Below are positions 36,520-50,343 of a stretch of 64,000 bases of DNA, piece after piece. The DNA is taken from contig JAUGWO010000131.1 in NCBI GenBank assembly GCA_049724395.1, positions 1 to 64,000 on the forward strand, read 5' to 3'. The notes under the pieces were generated by a model. The model had not been told where the DNA came from, did no database searches, and saw nothing but the letters and a program-made list of their open reading frames with translations. The stretch comes from Spongospora subterranea f. sp. subterranea (taxonomy: Eukaryota). Made by a program: the position numbers and the translations under genes. The stretch's first letter is position 1, and each line of letters opens with the position of its first letter.

Positions 36520-38343
36520 TTGACGTTAATCAACCTCCACAAATGTGTCAAGTGAATTCCAAGTTTCTTTTGGCATTTTCGTAGTGGATCGTTGATCTCA
36601 AAAATTGTATGGTCCGCTTGAACAAGCGCTGTTAATTCCCTGATGTTCTAGCTTAGGAAATCATTCCAGTAATTTCTATTGACCAAGTGGAATATATTGA
36701 TTGACGCTTAGAGCTGCGCGAATTGCAATTTCATTTCTGGGTCGTGATTTGTTGAGTGGTAAATCGTAAATCCATGGCTGTCTGAAAAGTCGTAACCAAA
36801 CAAGCCTATTACAAATGACACACATTTTTCGTATTCCATGGGTAAGCTGTCAACATATCCCACAGAATAGACACGGTCGAGCATGTGGTTTATGACCGCA
36901 ATAGCGTCAGCAATAGTTTTCTAGATTTTTTGGAAACACGTGTCTGCTCACGTGGAGAGTCGACAAAATCAATCTGTCAAGATTATGATGAATATGGGTT
37001 GAGTTTTATTGGAACAAACTGTCAAGTAGTGAGAACCCGCAAAATCCCCAAATCGCATCAAAATGTGACCCAATCAGCATTTGATTCGCCTGGACAACGG
37101 TCTTTTGCCGAAATAGCTTTGAGAGCAATTAATCAGGAAAGAGCGAACGATAATATTGTTTTTGGCCGTTATTACTTATATGTGAGATAATCGCGCTGAT
37201 ATGGTGTCACAATTGCGGATTCGCGACATTGCGGTCCAACTGGTTGGGCGATCGGTCTTGGTGCTGCTGGAACCGTTTGTACAGGCGAGACCTAAATTTG
37301 ACATATTATTTGTTAATCGTACCGGTGTCAAGCCATATTTTCTACGTTGTCCTCCTCTATAATCGGCGTTTTAACAGGAGCAGGTTGATCGCTGTCGCGT
37401 CGGAACGAGTCACTATATTCAGATTTTGGATCCCATTCTAGACCGAATTGTTTAAGCCATGATGGGTTAGGTTGTCGCCGAGACACATCTTCGAACTCGG
37501 TCAGAAGTCACCCCATATAGAAAACCAGTCTGTACTAGAACCTTTCGTAACTTCCCGCCTTTGAACAGTTCGATGACGACGATGGGAGCTCTCTCTCGGA
37601 AACGGCTCACGAACTGCTGTAAATCTGAGATAGAACATCAGTTTCGTTTGAAGGCAGCTTTGGTAAACCAAATCCAATGATGTTTTTTGCTTGCTCAAAG
37701 CACGTGAAAATCCGTTTGTTCATACATGAATGGACGATTAGATAGTTGTCTGGGTCCGGGTAGAGCTCCTGGCAAATCGATATCTGTTGCCCTTTCAAAG
37801 AATTGCACATCACCGGGATTATCGGGTTGATGATATAGGGAAACTGTCAGTAATGTCTCGCCCCCAATCTCTTCATCAACCAATTCCGTTTCCTTCCGTT
37901 TTCCTGTGAAAAACAGGTTCATCACCAGATCCAATCCGCTTACTAAGGTGTGGAGAACCTTGTTTTTTTAGTGGCGACTTGCCTCGCATTCGAATGTTTC
38001 GCCCAAGGAAGTCTGTTTAGAGTATTCGATAACCACAAGCGAACGAACTCGAATCTGACCATAAACTCCAGGTATGGTTTGCGAATTAACTGAGGAGAGA
38101 GCTTCGCTGACGATCGAGTCGACGAACCTGCTTCTAAACACCGAGTGAGCACCGATGTCGAGATGTACTTTCCCCAAAAAACACAGGTGCTAGCTGACCG
38201 CGAAACAACCACCATGGATTACCAAGCGAACGTTGCTGCACCAGAACGAACCAGATGAAACTGATTGGAGCTGACAAATAACAGCAATTGACAATGGCAA
38301 AGGCAGTCACAGTGCAGAATAACAATTGCCCATTGGCAATCAA
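36520..38343 (-). CDS. Hypothetical multi-exon protein (boundaries uncertain)
   Basis: A chain of short minus-strand open segments separated by intron-like sequence. No motif recognised. Confidence 0.35.
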
Positions 38344-39003
38344 TTCCTGAAATATGGCGCGTCCTCTAGGCTGTTCCAGTACCAGAGCTTCGGCTTTTGA
38401 GGTTCATTCAGTCTAGCGTAAGCAATAAGAAATATCAGATCACAAAATCGGGAAACAAGCCGAATTTTTGCAGAAGAAAATCATGATAATGTCTTTGTTT
38501 TTTAATCTTATGTTGATAAATTGACGATTGGATTTCCGATCGCGAGAATACAGTGAATATTGTATAGGGGCAAACGGAATGACCTGTATTTATTAGGGTC
38601 AGGAGACGAATAACTTGGGATCCCGGGCAGCCAGGGAACGATCTCCTTGTTGAGGACGGCCCAACCAGTCGACGCTCAAAGCACATTGACGCACGATTGT
38701 AATTCGGCACCCAATGCTGACCGCAATTGATCTCTGATATAATGATCTCTGACACAACATTGAGTAAACAGTAAAATGAGGCGGTATAGCCGACACCCAG
38801 TGCAAAATGACCCTTGGGCCGCCAAAAAGTTTTTATTACCCTCAAGATCCCCAGTTTTCGATAAGTTCGAATCATGCCTTGCTGAATTCGGATTGGCAAG
38901 CAACGACACGGTGGCCGGCAGGGATTGCTGATCGGGAGGTCCACATCTGCAACTGGAGTTCCTGCCACGACGCAAGGTGACCCCAGTGCCATCGCCAAGC
39001 ATG

Positions 39004-39966
39004 CGATGTCCAAATTACTGTTTTCAGGAGTGTTGTTCTTTCTGGTATCATTGGGATCTTGTGCCCCAATTCAATTCCAAAAATCGCAAGTTTTCAAAGA
39101 CTAACGTAAGGCAATCATTAATAAGTTGGTAAAAAGAATTGGTTAACAATTGAAAAACTAATCGGAGAATACAGAGAACAAACAGCTGTGGATTTGGCTC
39201 ACAAGATTGACGTCGAGGATTTCGATGATTGGATCTCCGTTGATGGAGACTTTTATGGGAAGTTTTAATGGATCAATCCTAACACTAACCGCCCCTTCAC
39301 CACAACTTTTATCAATTTGACACTTTTCTACGACCAGTAATTCGAATTGATTTTGATTCGGTTTGATCTGATATATAAATAGGATAAATGTCGTTGAGAT
39401 TCTGATAGAGAGAGGGGCCAATTGAAATTGCTGATTTGATCTCACAGGGACAGTGATATCGTCCGTCAGGAGATGTCGAAACTTCATCAATCTCCAGAAC
39501 CGTACTAGAAAAACTGCTTCAATGAACGCTGTTTCAAATATGAATCAACAGACTGGCCCCTCTCTCTATCAGAATCTCAACGACATTTATCCTATTAATA
39601 TATCAGGTCAAACCGAATCAAAATTGATTCGAATTTACTGGTTGCAGAAAAGTGCCAAATTGATAAAAGTTGTGGTGAAGGGGCGGTTAGTGTTAGGATT
39701 GATCCATTAATACGTCCCATAAAAGTCTCCATCAACGGAGATCCAATCATCGAAATCCTCGACATCAATCTTGTGGGCCAAATCCACAGCTGTTTGTTCT
39801 CTTTATACTCCGATTAGTATTTCAATTGTTAACCAATTCTTTTTACCAACTTATTAATGATTGCCTTACGTAAGTCTTTGAAAACTTGCGATTTTGGAAA
39901 TTGGGGCACAAGATCCCAATGATACCAGTAAGAACAACACTCCTGAAAACAGTAATTTGGACATCG
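39004..39966. repeat. Large foldback: ~415-bp inverted arms (39004-39420 / 39554-39966), ~133-nt spacer
   Basis: cgatgtccaaattactgttttcaggag...gagagaggggcca vs tggcccctctctc...cagtaatttggacatcg, with scattered substitutions and small indels. No TSD seen. Confidence 0.95.
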
Positions 39967-41984
39967 TCGTTGAGAGAATGGTGCATTTGGTTCAATGAAA
40001 GAAACGATTGATCACGTAATCGAAGTCAGAATCCGATTCCATATGTTATGTGCTCATCTGCTAGAATGGCCATTCAAACAGCAAAATATCTGTCCATGGC
40101 AACATCTTTCGACCACAGGAATAATTTGACGATATGAATTACAGTAGGTTGCATTCAAACGCGCCCTCACCAACGTTGGCCGCTGAATCGACGAACATTC
40201 CGTACTGATGCCAAGATTGGTCTGACGTGTTTTACACATGCATGATCCGTTCCAAAAATTAAAAGGGCGAGATCATCAAGTAGATATGATCTACCGATCG
40301 CTAAGACAATGAAAGTACGGTGGGGGCAGTGACTCAATCTATCAGGGTGTATATAAGTTCGTTGGCCACTTGTACGTCTGCTTGGTGAGTGTGAGTTTCT
40401 TCAAATCTGCTTCATTTGCCGCTGTTGATATCATGAATTCATGATCTGCCGAATAAAGGTTCGGTTGGTTCTCGGATGAGCGAGATTCTTCACGAGTTGG
40501 TCTAAAACGTCCACAGAGCGAATGTCAACCTCAATAACAGACTCGCCAACTCCCTGAGTGATTTCATTACTACTGTAATTTATCCACTAAATTAATCAAT
40601 GCTCATCAACCAACTCGTGACACACCTAACCCGCTCAATTCCCTCCGAGATCCAGGTAACCGATCTTCGTCGCAACCCAGATGTCAAAGTCGCATTGGCC
40701 TTGTTATCATTCCCATTAGCATAAAACACGATGGTCAGGTCCACCCATTTCAATATGACCTTTATGAATTATGATGAATTATTTACGACTGTGAACCATT
40801 CGATACAAAACATTGAGTTCTCATTCGTAATCAAAAACAATTTGTATGGTCGGTTACTTGGTGGCTGGCGATCATAAGCCCCCGTTGGGCGTCTCAATCT
40901 CCAGCCAAAGGCAAAAAGAGGAAACTCAGCAAACAGGCGTACAAGAGGCAAATAAAACTAAATGGTACCTACATCGTCGCTCACCACGCGTTGTGATGAA
41001 TTTCGCCATCACTGCACGATATACCGGATGTATGACTTTCCATAATCAAAGTGATATAAAATACTACAATACCTATCACAGCTGCATTGGCAGAGCAAAT
41101 TTCACCTCGATGCAAAGTATTTTGGTCAATTCGCTCCTGACGAAACGGAGTAATCCTATACTTAGTCCCCACGAGTTTAAAGTCACCACGTCTTTCATTG
41201 CCTGTCCAGTGATCAACAGGACACGATTGATCGCGTTGGTCCGAGGGCCTGCGGCAGCAAATTATGTCTCCCCACGTGGCCTGAATGAATGTGAAAGTGT
41301 GAGCGGAATGCAGTCAACTTGAGCGCTCTGGATAGGGCAATGATAATTACCGGTATGGGTTCGATAGATCAGGCCATGTGCCTGAATCCAGTTGGTCCAA
41401 TAAGTTCCTTCAAATGGATACTTGAGCTACTGGTAGCGGTCAGGCGAAACTGGGAAACCGAGGCCACCCAATCCATAAGAATTTGTGCACCAATGTGTAA
41501 ACCGTGCCGGCGGCAGCAAAATGGAGTACGTCATATTGTCGGGCATGCTCGGAAACTGGAACAGCGAATGAACTGGACAATGAGCTAATAGTTCGAGTCC
41601 TCAAACCCCTGAGGTGAACGAACACGAATTGCATCGTCCGAATATTAAAAATAAACTCTGCTGCATTCTGTATGCGAAGCCCTGCATTTAATAATGTTGA
41701 GATCAGAATGCATATGAGTTCCCATAGAATGGCCTAATACAGTGCTCCAGTTTTCGATGGAATTCCGGTAGGGTTCCCAATGAATTGTGGGAATGATGAG
41801 TTCACGAGCTCGGTTGCCCACGTGTGGACAGACATCACAATCCCACACAACTCAACCGGTTCTCCATTGTGTGTTGATACGCACTCTACTGGTGTGTGTG
41901 TGTGGTAGTGTAAGGGAGTACTTGTATGTCGTACACGGTGAGTGATATTCGCCATTTGGGGTTCTTGTGCCGACAGCCCTGGCC

Positions 41985-42281
41985 ATGTCCGAACACATCT
42001 ATATCAGAGACGATATCGATGAGCAAATTGAACCGCAACAGCTACTGGAATCGGAGACCGCATCCCATAGTACGAACTGGTTCCATGATCCAAGAAACCA
42101 GGTCAAAACATGTCGCAACGAACCTGACATCAAATGCCTGATCCTGATCTAGGTGATGGTTCTCATCGTTCTCTTGATTATTCTATGTATTTTGATTGGC
42201 ATTATATCATGCGCTTGGCGATCCCACAGACGCGCTATCTCATCTCTTTATGCTAGGAAAAATGCCAAGAAAACAGACTAA
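41985..42281 (+). CDS. Small single-pass membrane protein (2 exons)
   Basis: MSEHIYIRDD...DPRNQ, a phase-0 GT-AG intron at 42102-42151, then VMVLIVLLIILCILIGIISCAWRSHRRAISSLYARKNAKKTD*. Confidence 0.55.
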
Positions 42282-42624
42282 TGGTCTTCAATTACAGTAA
42301 CTTGTTCTATTACATATTTATCGATTTACTTCAATCCATGGTTTTTCGCGCTATCACAACCTACACGAAATTTGGTCGGAATCCGGCAAATGATTTGGAG
42401 CCACCTTTTGGTATATGCTGGATGACTGATGGCACTAATTGTAGTAGGACGTAATACAGCATCTTTCGGGGATTTGCTTTGCTTTTTATTTGTCAATGGG
42501 AGTTGACGATAACGCTGAGATTGGATGCATGTGACGTCCCGTGGAATGGCCGACAATCATGAATAAATTCAAAGTGATGTCATAAAAAAACCGTCAAGAG
42601 GCCGATTTCACTCGATTTATTCTC

Positions 42625-43888
42625 ATGGGTGCTTGCTTTTCTTCCGCTGTTAAACAGCTTAGAGACGACAATGCAGAAACCCCAAAAAAGCTTCGTCTGT
42701 TAATATTAGGTTGTCAACGAATGCTTTACATGGTTCGAAAAAAGCGACTAATCCTGCGACCTATCAGGTTCAGGTGAGAGCGGCAAGAGCACGATCTTGA
42801 AGCAAATGCGTCGTGGCCAGCAGGGAATCGAACTGACTCGCTCTGAGCAAGCTCAAACACAGGTCGCGCTGTGTCATGTAGGTCGATCATCGGAACAAAA
42901 TGTCGTTCATCAACCATACATATAGAATACTATCGATTGTTTGAAATCAATTGTTGGCGCTGCACAGCGTCTGGATCTCGAAGTTGACAGCGATTTCAAA
43001 GCCATGTTGACCGATACAACTGTCAATACCGAAGATGGCGATGATCCAGCCCTTCCGATGAAATTTGTGATGGCAGCGGAGCAATTTCTCCAATCCGATA
43101 CTTACTCAGTTATGATTGGAACGCATCGAAATTCATTCTGGATACTTGATGCTTATTCATACTATTTCAACAATATGGCACGATTTTCAATGCGGCCATA
43201 CGAAGCGACCGATGACGACTGGGTCCTTGCTCGGGTAAACGTGCCATATAGATATGAGCTGTTTCTTTTTACACCCTCGCTATTCATAGGTGAAAACGAC
43301 GGGAATAGTCAAGCATACCATGCAAATCTCTAATCCTCTTTCAAAGACGTCGAGCGACCGAACTGTGCAATTCGAAATAGTAGACGTAGCTGGACAACGA
43401 GGAGAGAGAAGAAAATGGTCTGAAAAAGACAATAATCAACGTGGAAACTAACGAATGTCGACAACAGGATGCATCATTTTGACGATGTTCAAGGAATCGT
43501 TTTCGTTGTTAACCTGGACGGTTATTCAACAAGACTTTACGAGGACGAGTCAGTTCTCCGCATGACTGACGAGCTCGCCTTATTCAAGATAATTACTTGC
43601 AACTCGGCGTTCAACAAGCATCCAATCGTCCTGATTTTGAACAAGAAAGATCTGTTCGAACAATCCTTACGGCACATCCCATTAAAAACATCATTTCCGG
43701 ACTATAACGGTCCAGAAGAGGACGTTGGAGAAGCGCTGTCTTTCGTATCGAAAAAGTTCAAAGCGGAGATGCCTGAGGCCGACCGGGAACGACTGGTGGT
43801 ATTTCAAATGTCAGCGAGGGTTCGCCGTGAAGTCAAATGTGCATTTGACGATATTTTTAAGCAAATGATAATGCGCAATTCTCGATAA
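42625..43888 (+). CDS. Heterotrimeric G-protein alpha subunit
   Basis: N-terminal MGACFS (myristoylation/palmitoylation), G1 LLILG|SGESGKSTILKQM, switch I AR|VKTTGI, G3 DVAGQRGERRKW and G4 LNKKDLF. Confidence 0.95.
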
Positions 43889-43972
43889 ATCAAATTAAAC
43901 AGCAGATATATGCTCAAAAGTTCAGAGAATCGACATTATTTTAGAGATCTAGCCATACGTGATTTACCTGGT

Positions 43973-44735
43973 TTAATCTTTGAAGTCAAAATCATTAGTG
44001 GAGGGCTTTTTGAACTGAACAAGCATCCCCTCGGCTACTTGATTCGCTTTACTCAAACCACACACGGTTGCAACTATTGCGAGGCCGAATTGTAAGCATG
44101 TGCCAGGGCTACGGCTTGTAATAACTTGCTTCGATATCACCACATCGTGATTATCACCGATTTCAGGAGCAACATACCCAGGAATCGTATCGGCAAATTT
44201 CGGATAGCATGTAGCCACTCGGCCGTCAAGCAGCCCATGACTCTGTAATGAACCAAATTCACACGAAAGTCGTTTGATTGCAGTATAATTAGAATATCAC
44301 CTGTAAAACAAGGCTCGGAGCCGCACATATTGCCGCAATCCATTTCCCTTCATACTGCTGCTGCTTCAGCATTGACAATAATTGAGGGGAGTCTCGTAAG
44401 TTTTCTGCTCCTTTCAATCCACCAGGGATTACGATGCAATCAAATTCCTTTTTTATCACGTTTCCAATAAGGTCATCAGCGACGATTTTGGTTTGTTGAG
44501 CGAGTGTGAGAGTAGAAGCATTAACAGAGGCGACGGTGACTTCAATATCAGCCCGCCGCAGCACATCCACGACTCCGACTAGCTCGATATCCTCAGAACC
44601 ATCGGCAGCGGCCACAAGCACGTGCTTCTTTACCATGTTCGTAAATAGCCTCTGGACAGCACAATCTGCGCACCGCGTCCTGAATATATGAGCTGCGGAT
44701 CTCGCTGGAACGGCGAACGCTGCGATCTTGAACAT
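43973..44735 (-). CDS. PARK7: DJ-1/PfpI family protein with N-terminal extension (possible mitochondrial presequence)
   Basis: GSEDIELVGVVDVLRRA, IVIPGG, AAICAAP (catalytic Cys), ATCYP and ITSRSPGT. Confidence 0.92.
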
Positions 44736-45481
44736 GCAATGTGGTTATTAACACAACGAGATCTTAAAATAAATGATGAATATCCTATGAAACATGCATA
44801 ACCACATTCCCGGTATCGTAATGCAATACGTGACATTCACCGGTAACAGTACTGACTTTGCATATTCTGTCGAAAGGTTTCACTGATCTGCAGTACAGTA
44901 CGTAGATAATGATACATTGAAGGGGGTTTCATCCAGGATGGGATGCAGTATTTCGTATAGTGCATAGGGCCTTGTTCAAGTCTTGATCATTCTCCCTTGG
45001 CCCACAACCACAGGTCGATCTGTTTTTGGATCTGCAAAGCTGTACTTCAATGAATTTAGCACCCTCTTCGCAAGCCGGATGTTCTCTGCACACTTTAGCA
45101 GCAACGGTTCTCTGGAACGAAACGTTTTGGCCCATATGAGCGAGCTTTTTTACTGTGTGCTTGATGTCACATTGTACCGCTTCATTGATGAGCCCAGCAA
45201 TGTTCATGGAAATCATTGAACTCTGTTGTACACAAGCAACTTAGTCTCGACGAATTCGGAAAATCCATCATTCTTGATACGTTTGTCGCTGACTATGGGC
45301 GCACATCAAGTCATATTCTAACCGGCGAGAATCCCCTTCAACAGGCACGGATAGGCCTGGGATTACTTGATAGTGAATAGATTTTATCATGAGATTTGCA
45401 TATAGATGAAACCGATATTGAATTGAAAAACATGATAGATGAACATTTTCTAGATAGATATAGATTGCCCATCTTTACCCG

Positions 45482-47336
45482 TTAGAGGACTTCGTAGATG
45501 AGTCGCTGCAATACACCGTCAATTTTGGAATTCCGAATTTGTTGCTCATGGAGGGCTTTTTCCGTCTGGGCCAGCTTTAGCTTTAGTTCAGAAATATTCT
45601 TAACTTCTTTAAGCCTCAGGTTCGTCGCAAATGCCATTTGTTTCGTAAATTCCTCGCCAAGACCTTGAATATCGGTTTTCCAGTCATTGAACCTGGGTCT
45701 CATATTATGGCTACATATATCGCTGTTGGGCCAAGCAATTCCTACCATCTTGTTTGAGTCTCAACTTTCTGTTGATTAATCGCAACTTTACAGCTCATTT
45801 CCGATAACTGTTTCGCCAAATCGTCATTCTGGACCTGTATTGAACCAGACTGGATAACCTCAGATGACATTGATAACATCCTCATGCACCGTGGTCTCTA
45901 CTCTACCTTAGACAGAAGCAATTGGTTTTTTTTCTCAACAACTTCAAAATTCTCTTGACATTTGTCTCTTTGTTTAGCTATTTCAACTAATGCCTGCTTC
46001 ATCGGTTGCAGCATCTCCAATCGTTTCTCATTATTGGCTTGCTGCGACTTCAGCCTCTCAATCTCTGCCAAAAGTGTGGAATTTCTATCGCGCTCTTTCC
46101 TAATTTCAGTTCTTTCAACTTCCAGATCGGCTCGTTGGAGATTCAACTCGTCGTTCAAGCGGGCAATTTCAGTTCGATTGTCTTCTATTTCTTGGAGCCT
46201 TGCCTCAATCTAAGTTGCATTCGTGTGTGTCAAATTAGCGACTAAGATCTTCAGCGACCAACCTCGAACTGCAGTTTTTTTATTGTTGCCTCAAACGATT
46301 TCGACTCGATAACTATTCGCGGCAACACCGACCCAATATCAGAATGTGATTCGGATTGCAGGAATAAAATTACCAGCGTGGCTTTGCTTAGACAAATTAC
46401 TGTGGAGAAGGCCTTGTACTTCACGAAGCTGAGAGCTGAACCCATTCAATTCCTCTGTTTTCCCGCTCAACCTCTCTTCCAAGGTCCGAACCTTAAGATA
46501 AGAAAATGTGGTTATAGCCGATACCCTGGCAATTATCCAAATAAATGGAAAATATACCTTCACCGTTAACCGAACATTGTCTCGTTTTAATGATAGCATT
46601 TCTATGCTTTGCGACTCTCCATGGGTTTCATCTTCTCCGCGACAATTCAGGTTAAGATCGTCCCTAACTTTGTGTAGCTGTTCCGCGCGTAGACGACGCG
46701 GCGCAATAGCCGGATCTGATTTTGAGCCTCTTCCATAGATTCTTTGTAATGACCAGCTCCAGTCCTACTTTTCAGTAACCGATTCGCTTCTGTCAACCGA
46801 TTCATAAGATCACGAATTTGTTGCTCTTGGCGAACAGATGATTGAGACCAATGAGTTTCCTTGTTTTTCCAAACGTTTTCCATCTCAGCAGTTTTAACAC
46901 GTAAACTCTCCAAAGCATCGGCTAAAGTCTGTCTTTGATCCTGCGATGATTGTCTTTCTGTGTCATGGTTTTGTATTTCTTTCAAGCACAATTCCTTTGC
47001 ATTGACCGCTTGATCATATTGCGTCAATAATGCTTTATATTTCTCTTTCGAGTCCTCCAGTTCTGACCTTAACGACGTCGACGTCGACTTTTCCATAGAC
47101 AATTGCTCTTGTAGTTGCGTGTTTTCACGAGAGACCTGGTCCATTACTGTCCTGAGCGACGCCAGGGTTTGCGATTGAGCCCGGCAGATTTCTGGCACGA
47201 AATCATTGCATTCCTTGCCAGAGGACGACCATTGCGGATGTTTACTGAGATGATTGAGGAGGTTCTGGCGGATGGATCCCCAATCATCAGCTTGTGCTAA
47301 TGGAGCCTTGTTGGACCCATCACTATTACTCATGCA
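45482..47336 (-). CDS. Long coiled-coil protein, multi-exon, function unknown
   Basis: E/K/Q/L-rich heptad exons in ORFs 46647-47342, 46339-46599, 45898-46158 and 45482-45748. Confidence 0.7.
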
Positions 47337-48140
47337 GTTCAAGCTCGGACACGATTATGACCTTGGTTAGCGTCAAGAGATGCAGTCCACGCCCATACAC
47401 ACGTTGCCCCATATCACGTCACAACAGATTCACAGAGCCATAACGGAAGCGCGCGCGTATATTCGTCTAACCTATCCGACAGCGTCGCGACGAGTCAATA
47501 TAATAGGGAGTGTCGTTCATTATCCAATAATCCACCAATACTTTGTCAGCATTTTCCAGCTGTCAGGAAAAGCCAGAAACCGTATGAAAGTGTTACTCGA
47601 AGACCTGTGCTGACTTGGAGTAAACACTCCGATTAGATTCTTGCTGGCCTCTTCTATCGACAGAACGGCATTCAACATTCGATAAAGTTTTGGTGGGCCC
47701 GTTGATAGCTTCAATCGAGCTGAACCGATCATTTCCTGATTGTCGAATATGAAAATTTGGCCCTTTGAACGACGCTCGCTTGACGGGGTTTCCGCTTGTT
47801 CGCCTCAGAATTTATTGACCATTTTGATATTACCAACTACACTACCAAGCCTTGACTGGGTGGCATCAATCTCACGAATTTTGAATACAGTTAAATACCT
47901 GCAGCTTGTGTTTGTGTGGCGCTCAACAGAGATTGTCTGGAAGCGGATTTTTACCGATCATAAACGTGTGTTGACATTAAATAACTGATGACTGCATATA
48001 TATATATATTAAAAGAATGACTTAATCGGACTGCATGATAATATCATGAATGGTTTGCTTCCAGACGGCCTTCAATCTGAAGTGGCATGATAAAGATCAT
48101 GTTGCACATTATAATCGCCAGCAATTTCACTTGAGCAAGT

Positions 48141-49310
48141 TTATCCAATCAAACCTTGAACTTCGTCGTGAATAGGTTCATTTGCAGAATCAAATCCTTG
48201 CGGGGATAGCGATTTAAATGAAGGATGAATTGATGGACCTGCCATAACACAGCACCACTCTAATGTCTGAACTAGTGTAGGCCTGTCTTCTGGTATAGGG
48301 TTAGTCATGGCGAATACCATATTAGACACGCTTGGCCACTGTTCACTCCAAGGCATCGAAGTATCCCGGGATCTGACGCCAGAAAAAAGCAATGCACGGG
48401 CCATGCCGGTCGAAAAAACATCAAACAACTCCATCAGGCAGAGGCCGAGGGAAAACACGTCCGTCTTAGATGAGCATTGAGATTTGCCCCACTCGCATTC
48501 TGGTGCAGCATATGAGCCGGTACCCAGATACTTGCCATCGTCACTAGGAGCATCGCCCTCTGTATAACTCGACCCAAAATCTCCAAACTTGAACAAAGCG
48601 CCGTTCCGGAAGCAGTTTTCAGGCTTAACGTCTAGATGCAGCACCCCATGTTGGTGCATGTGGAGTAATCCATTAATCAACTGAAACAGCACGTTAAGTG
48701 ATGAAAGGGCGTCGACAGCCTTGCGGTCTTTCAACCATGATCGAAGATTATCCTGACAGAGCTCCATCTGAATGTACAGTATCTGGGTGACCTCAGTGAA
48801 CTCAGTCGGTGTTGAAGTGTTAGATACGGTAAGGTCTTCTGACAGATATTCGCTCATGTTTTCATTTAGCATATGACAAAATTTTGGTGAAACAGCTTCC
48901 TTCCAACATGAGAAATAACGAATAATATTTTCGTGTGGTGGAAGCTTCGCCATTGCCCTGATCTCGCCAAATACGTTTTGCGTTCTTTCATCGAAGGGTA
49001 CGCATTTCACCTGGAAAGCATTAATCAGAGGTGCCCCAACCATTGGTAATTTTCATACCGCATAAAGCTGAAGGTCAAGTCGATTAACAGCCGAGCAAAC
49101 TATTCCGAACGACCCACGGCCCAGAATATCAACAAAAGAGAAATCTTTGCAAAAACGCGAATCGTGACCTTGAGCAGTAGTTGTTTTCAATTGTGGCAAG
49201 GCAGTTGGGGCCGATCCGTCCAAAACAACCCCGTTGGACGTCGGGATGAGCCCGAATCGATTACGAGCTCCAACAATGCAAAGCCGCGATAAGGTCGAAC
49301 GCGATATCAT
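48141..49310 (-). CDS. eIF2-alpha kinase-like protein kinase (HRI/PERK/GCN2 catalytic family)
   Basis: LGRGSFGIV...NRLDLQLYA|VK, HENIIRYFSCWKE plus a kinase insert, LYIQMELC, HLDVKPEN, GDFG, GTGSYAAPE and DVFSLG...ELF..F.T.M.R. Confidence 0.85.
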
Positions 49311-50343
49311 TAGACCTGGGCGAGCGAATAGAAACGCGAAAAACAGGAAACAATTGTCGGTATGGTGTGATTGGTGTCTTAAAAGGGGGTCACTCCAACT
49401 CAACCTGACACAGTTATGACACCGACGGAGAAACTCATCTCCGCAGCAATGCACTTTGCAGTCAGCTCATCATGTGCAATATGATCCACCCGCCCACGTG
49501 TGATGTGCTCTAACAGCTCGCCAGCCACCACTGTACACCTGTGTGTTGCTCAGACTGGGAGTGTATTTTGACGAGTGTAGCGCCGCGTCAATGTTGATTG
49601 TTGAATTCGTGATGATGTTGGAATAGGAATTTGAGGGCTCCCTCTGTCTCTCACCAACTGTATAGTGATGGAACTGGTCTCGGGTGTTGCTTTATTAAGG
49701 CCCCAACATGCAACTCAAAGAAGCGAAACGCACGCGATCTAATTGGTCTCTGGAGTTCAGAGGAGCGTTGCTCCAGCTTCGCTATTTCGCAGTTTAGAGG
49801 ATTAGTTCATCCAATACTTGTCAACAAACACACAAGAGAAAGGGTGCTGGGAATGGCTAATTGCTCTCCTTGATACTCGTGTCCAATACCGATCCCTTTC
49901 GTGTCGAAGAGGAGAAGACACACTACTATATCCTCCTTTGGTAAACGGTATTACCGTATTAGAACACTTGTATGTGTACAGATCACTCACATTCCCCTTC
50001 ATACGTGCTGAACCTGGCACAACCTGGCATCAACTTGAACGACTCATTGCTATTGCTGATAACTGACAGAAGTTCGACGACGCAATGAGTGTAATGATAC
50101 CTCGCTTTTACCCTTCTGTTCCACAAAATTTTTTGTCGTCTCTAAGCTCGATTGCTATTAAAATTATCAAAAAAAGGCGACGCAACTGCGGGCTGCCGGC
50201 TTGAACCCCCTGACGGCTATCATGTGCAGTACCACTGATGGCAAAAAGGAGGCAGATAATGAGTGAAATACTTGTTCATGGCAGACACCGACCGCTTTGA
50301 CAATTGATGAAAATTATTTTGAGAAAGTTTATCAACTGAACCG

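Noticed and set aside
39004..39966. Foldback as a Mutator-like MITE
   Set aside because: No 8-10 bp target-site duplication at either candidate boundary. It is kept only as an inverted repeat.
40700..40790. FIKVILKWVGPD on the minus strand as a BACK-domain remnant
   Set aside because: A single short motif flanked by stops, with no BTB or kelch context found.
44929..45216. ORF with His/Cys residues as an integrase zinc finger
   Set aside because: The spacing does not fit HHCC and no integrase core follows.
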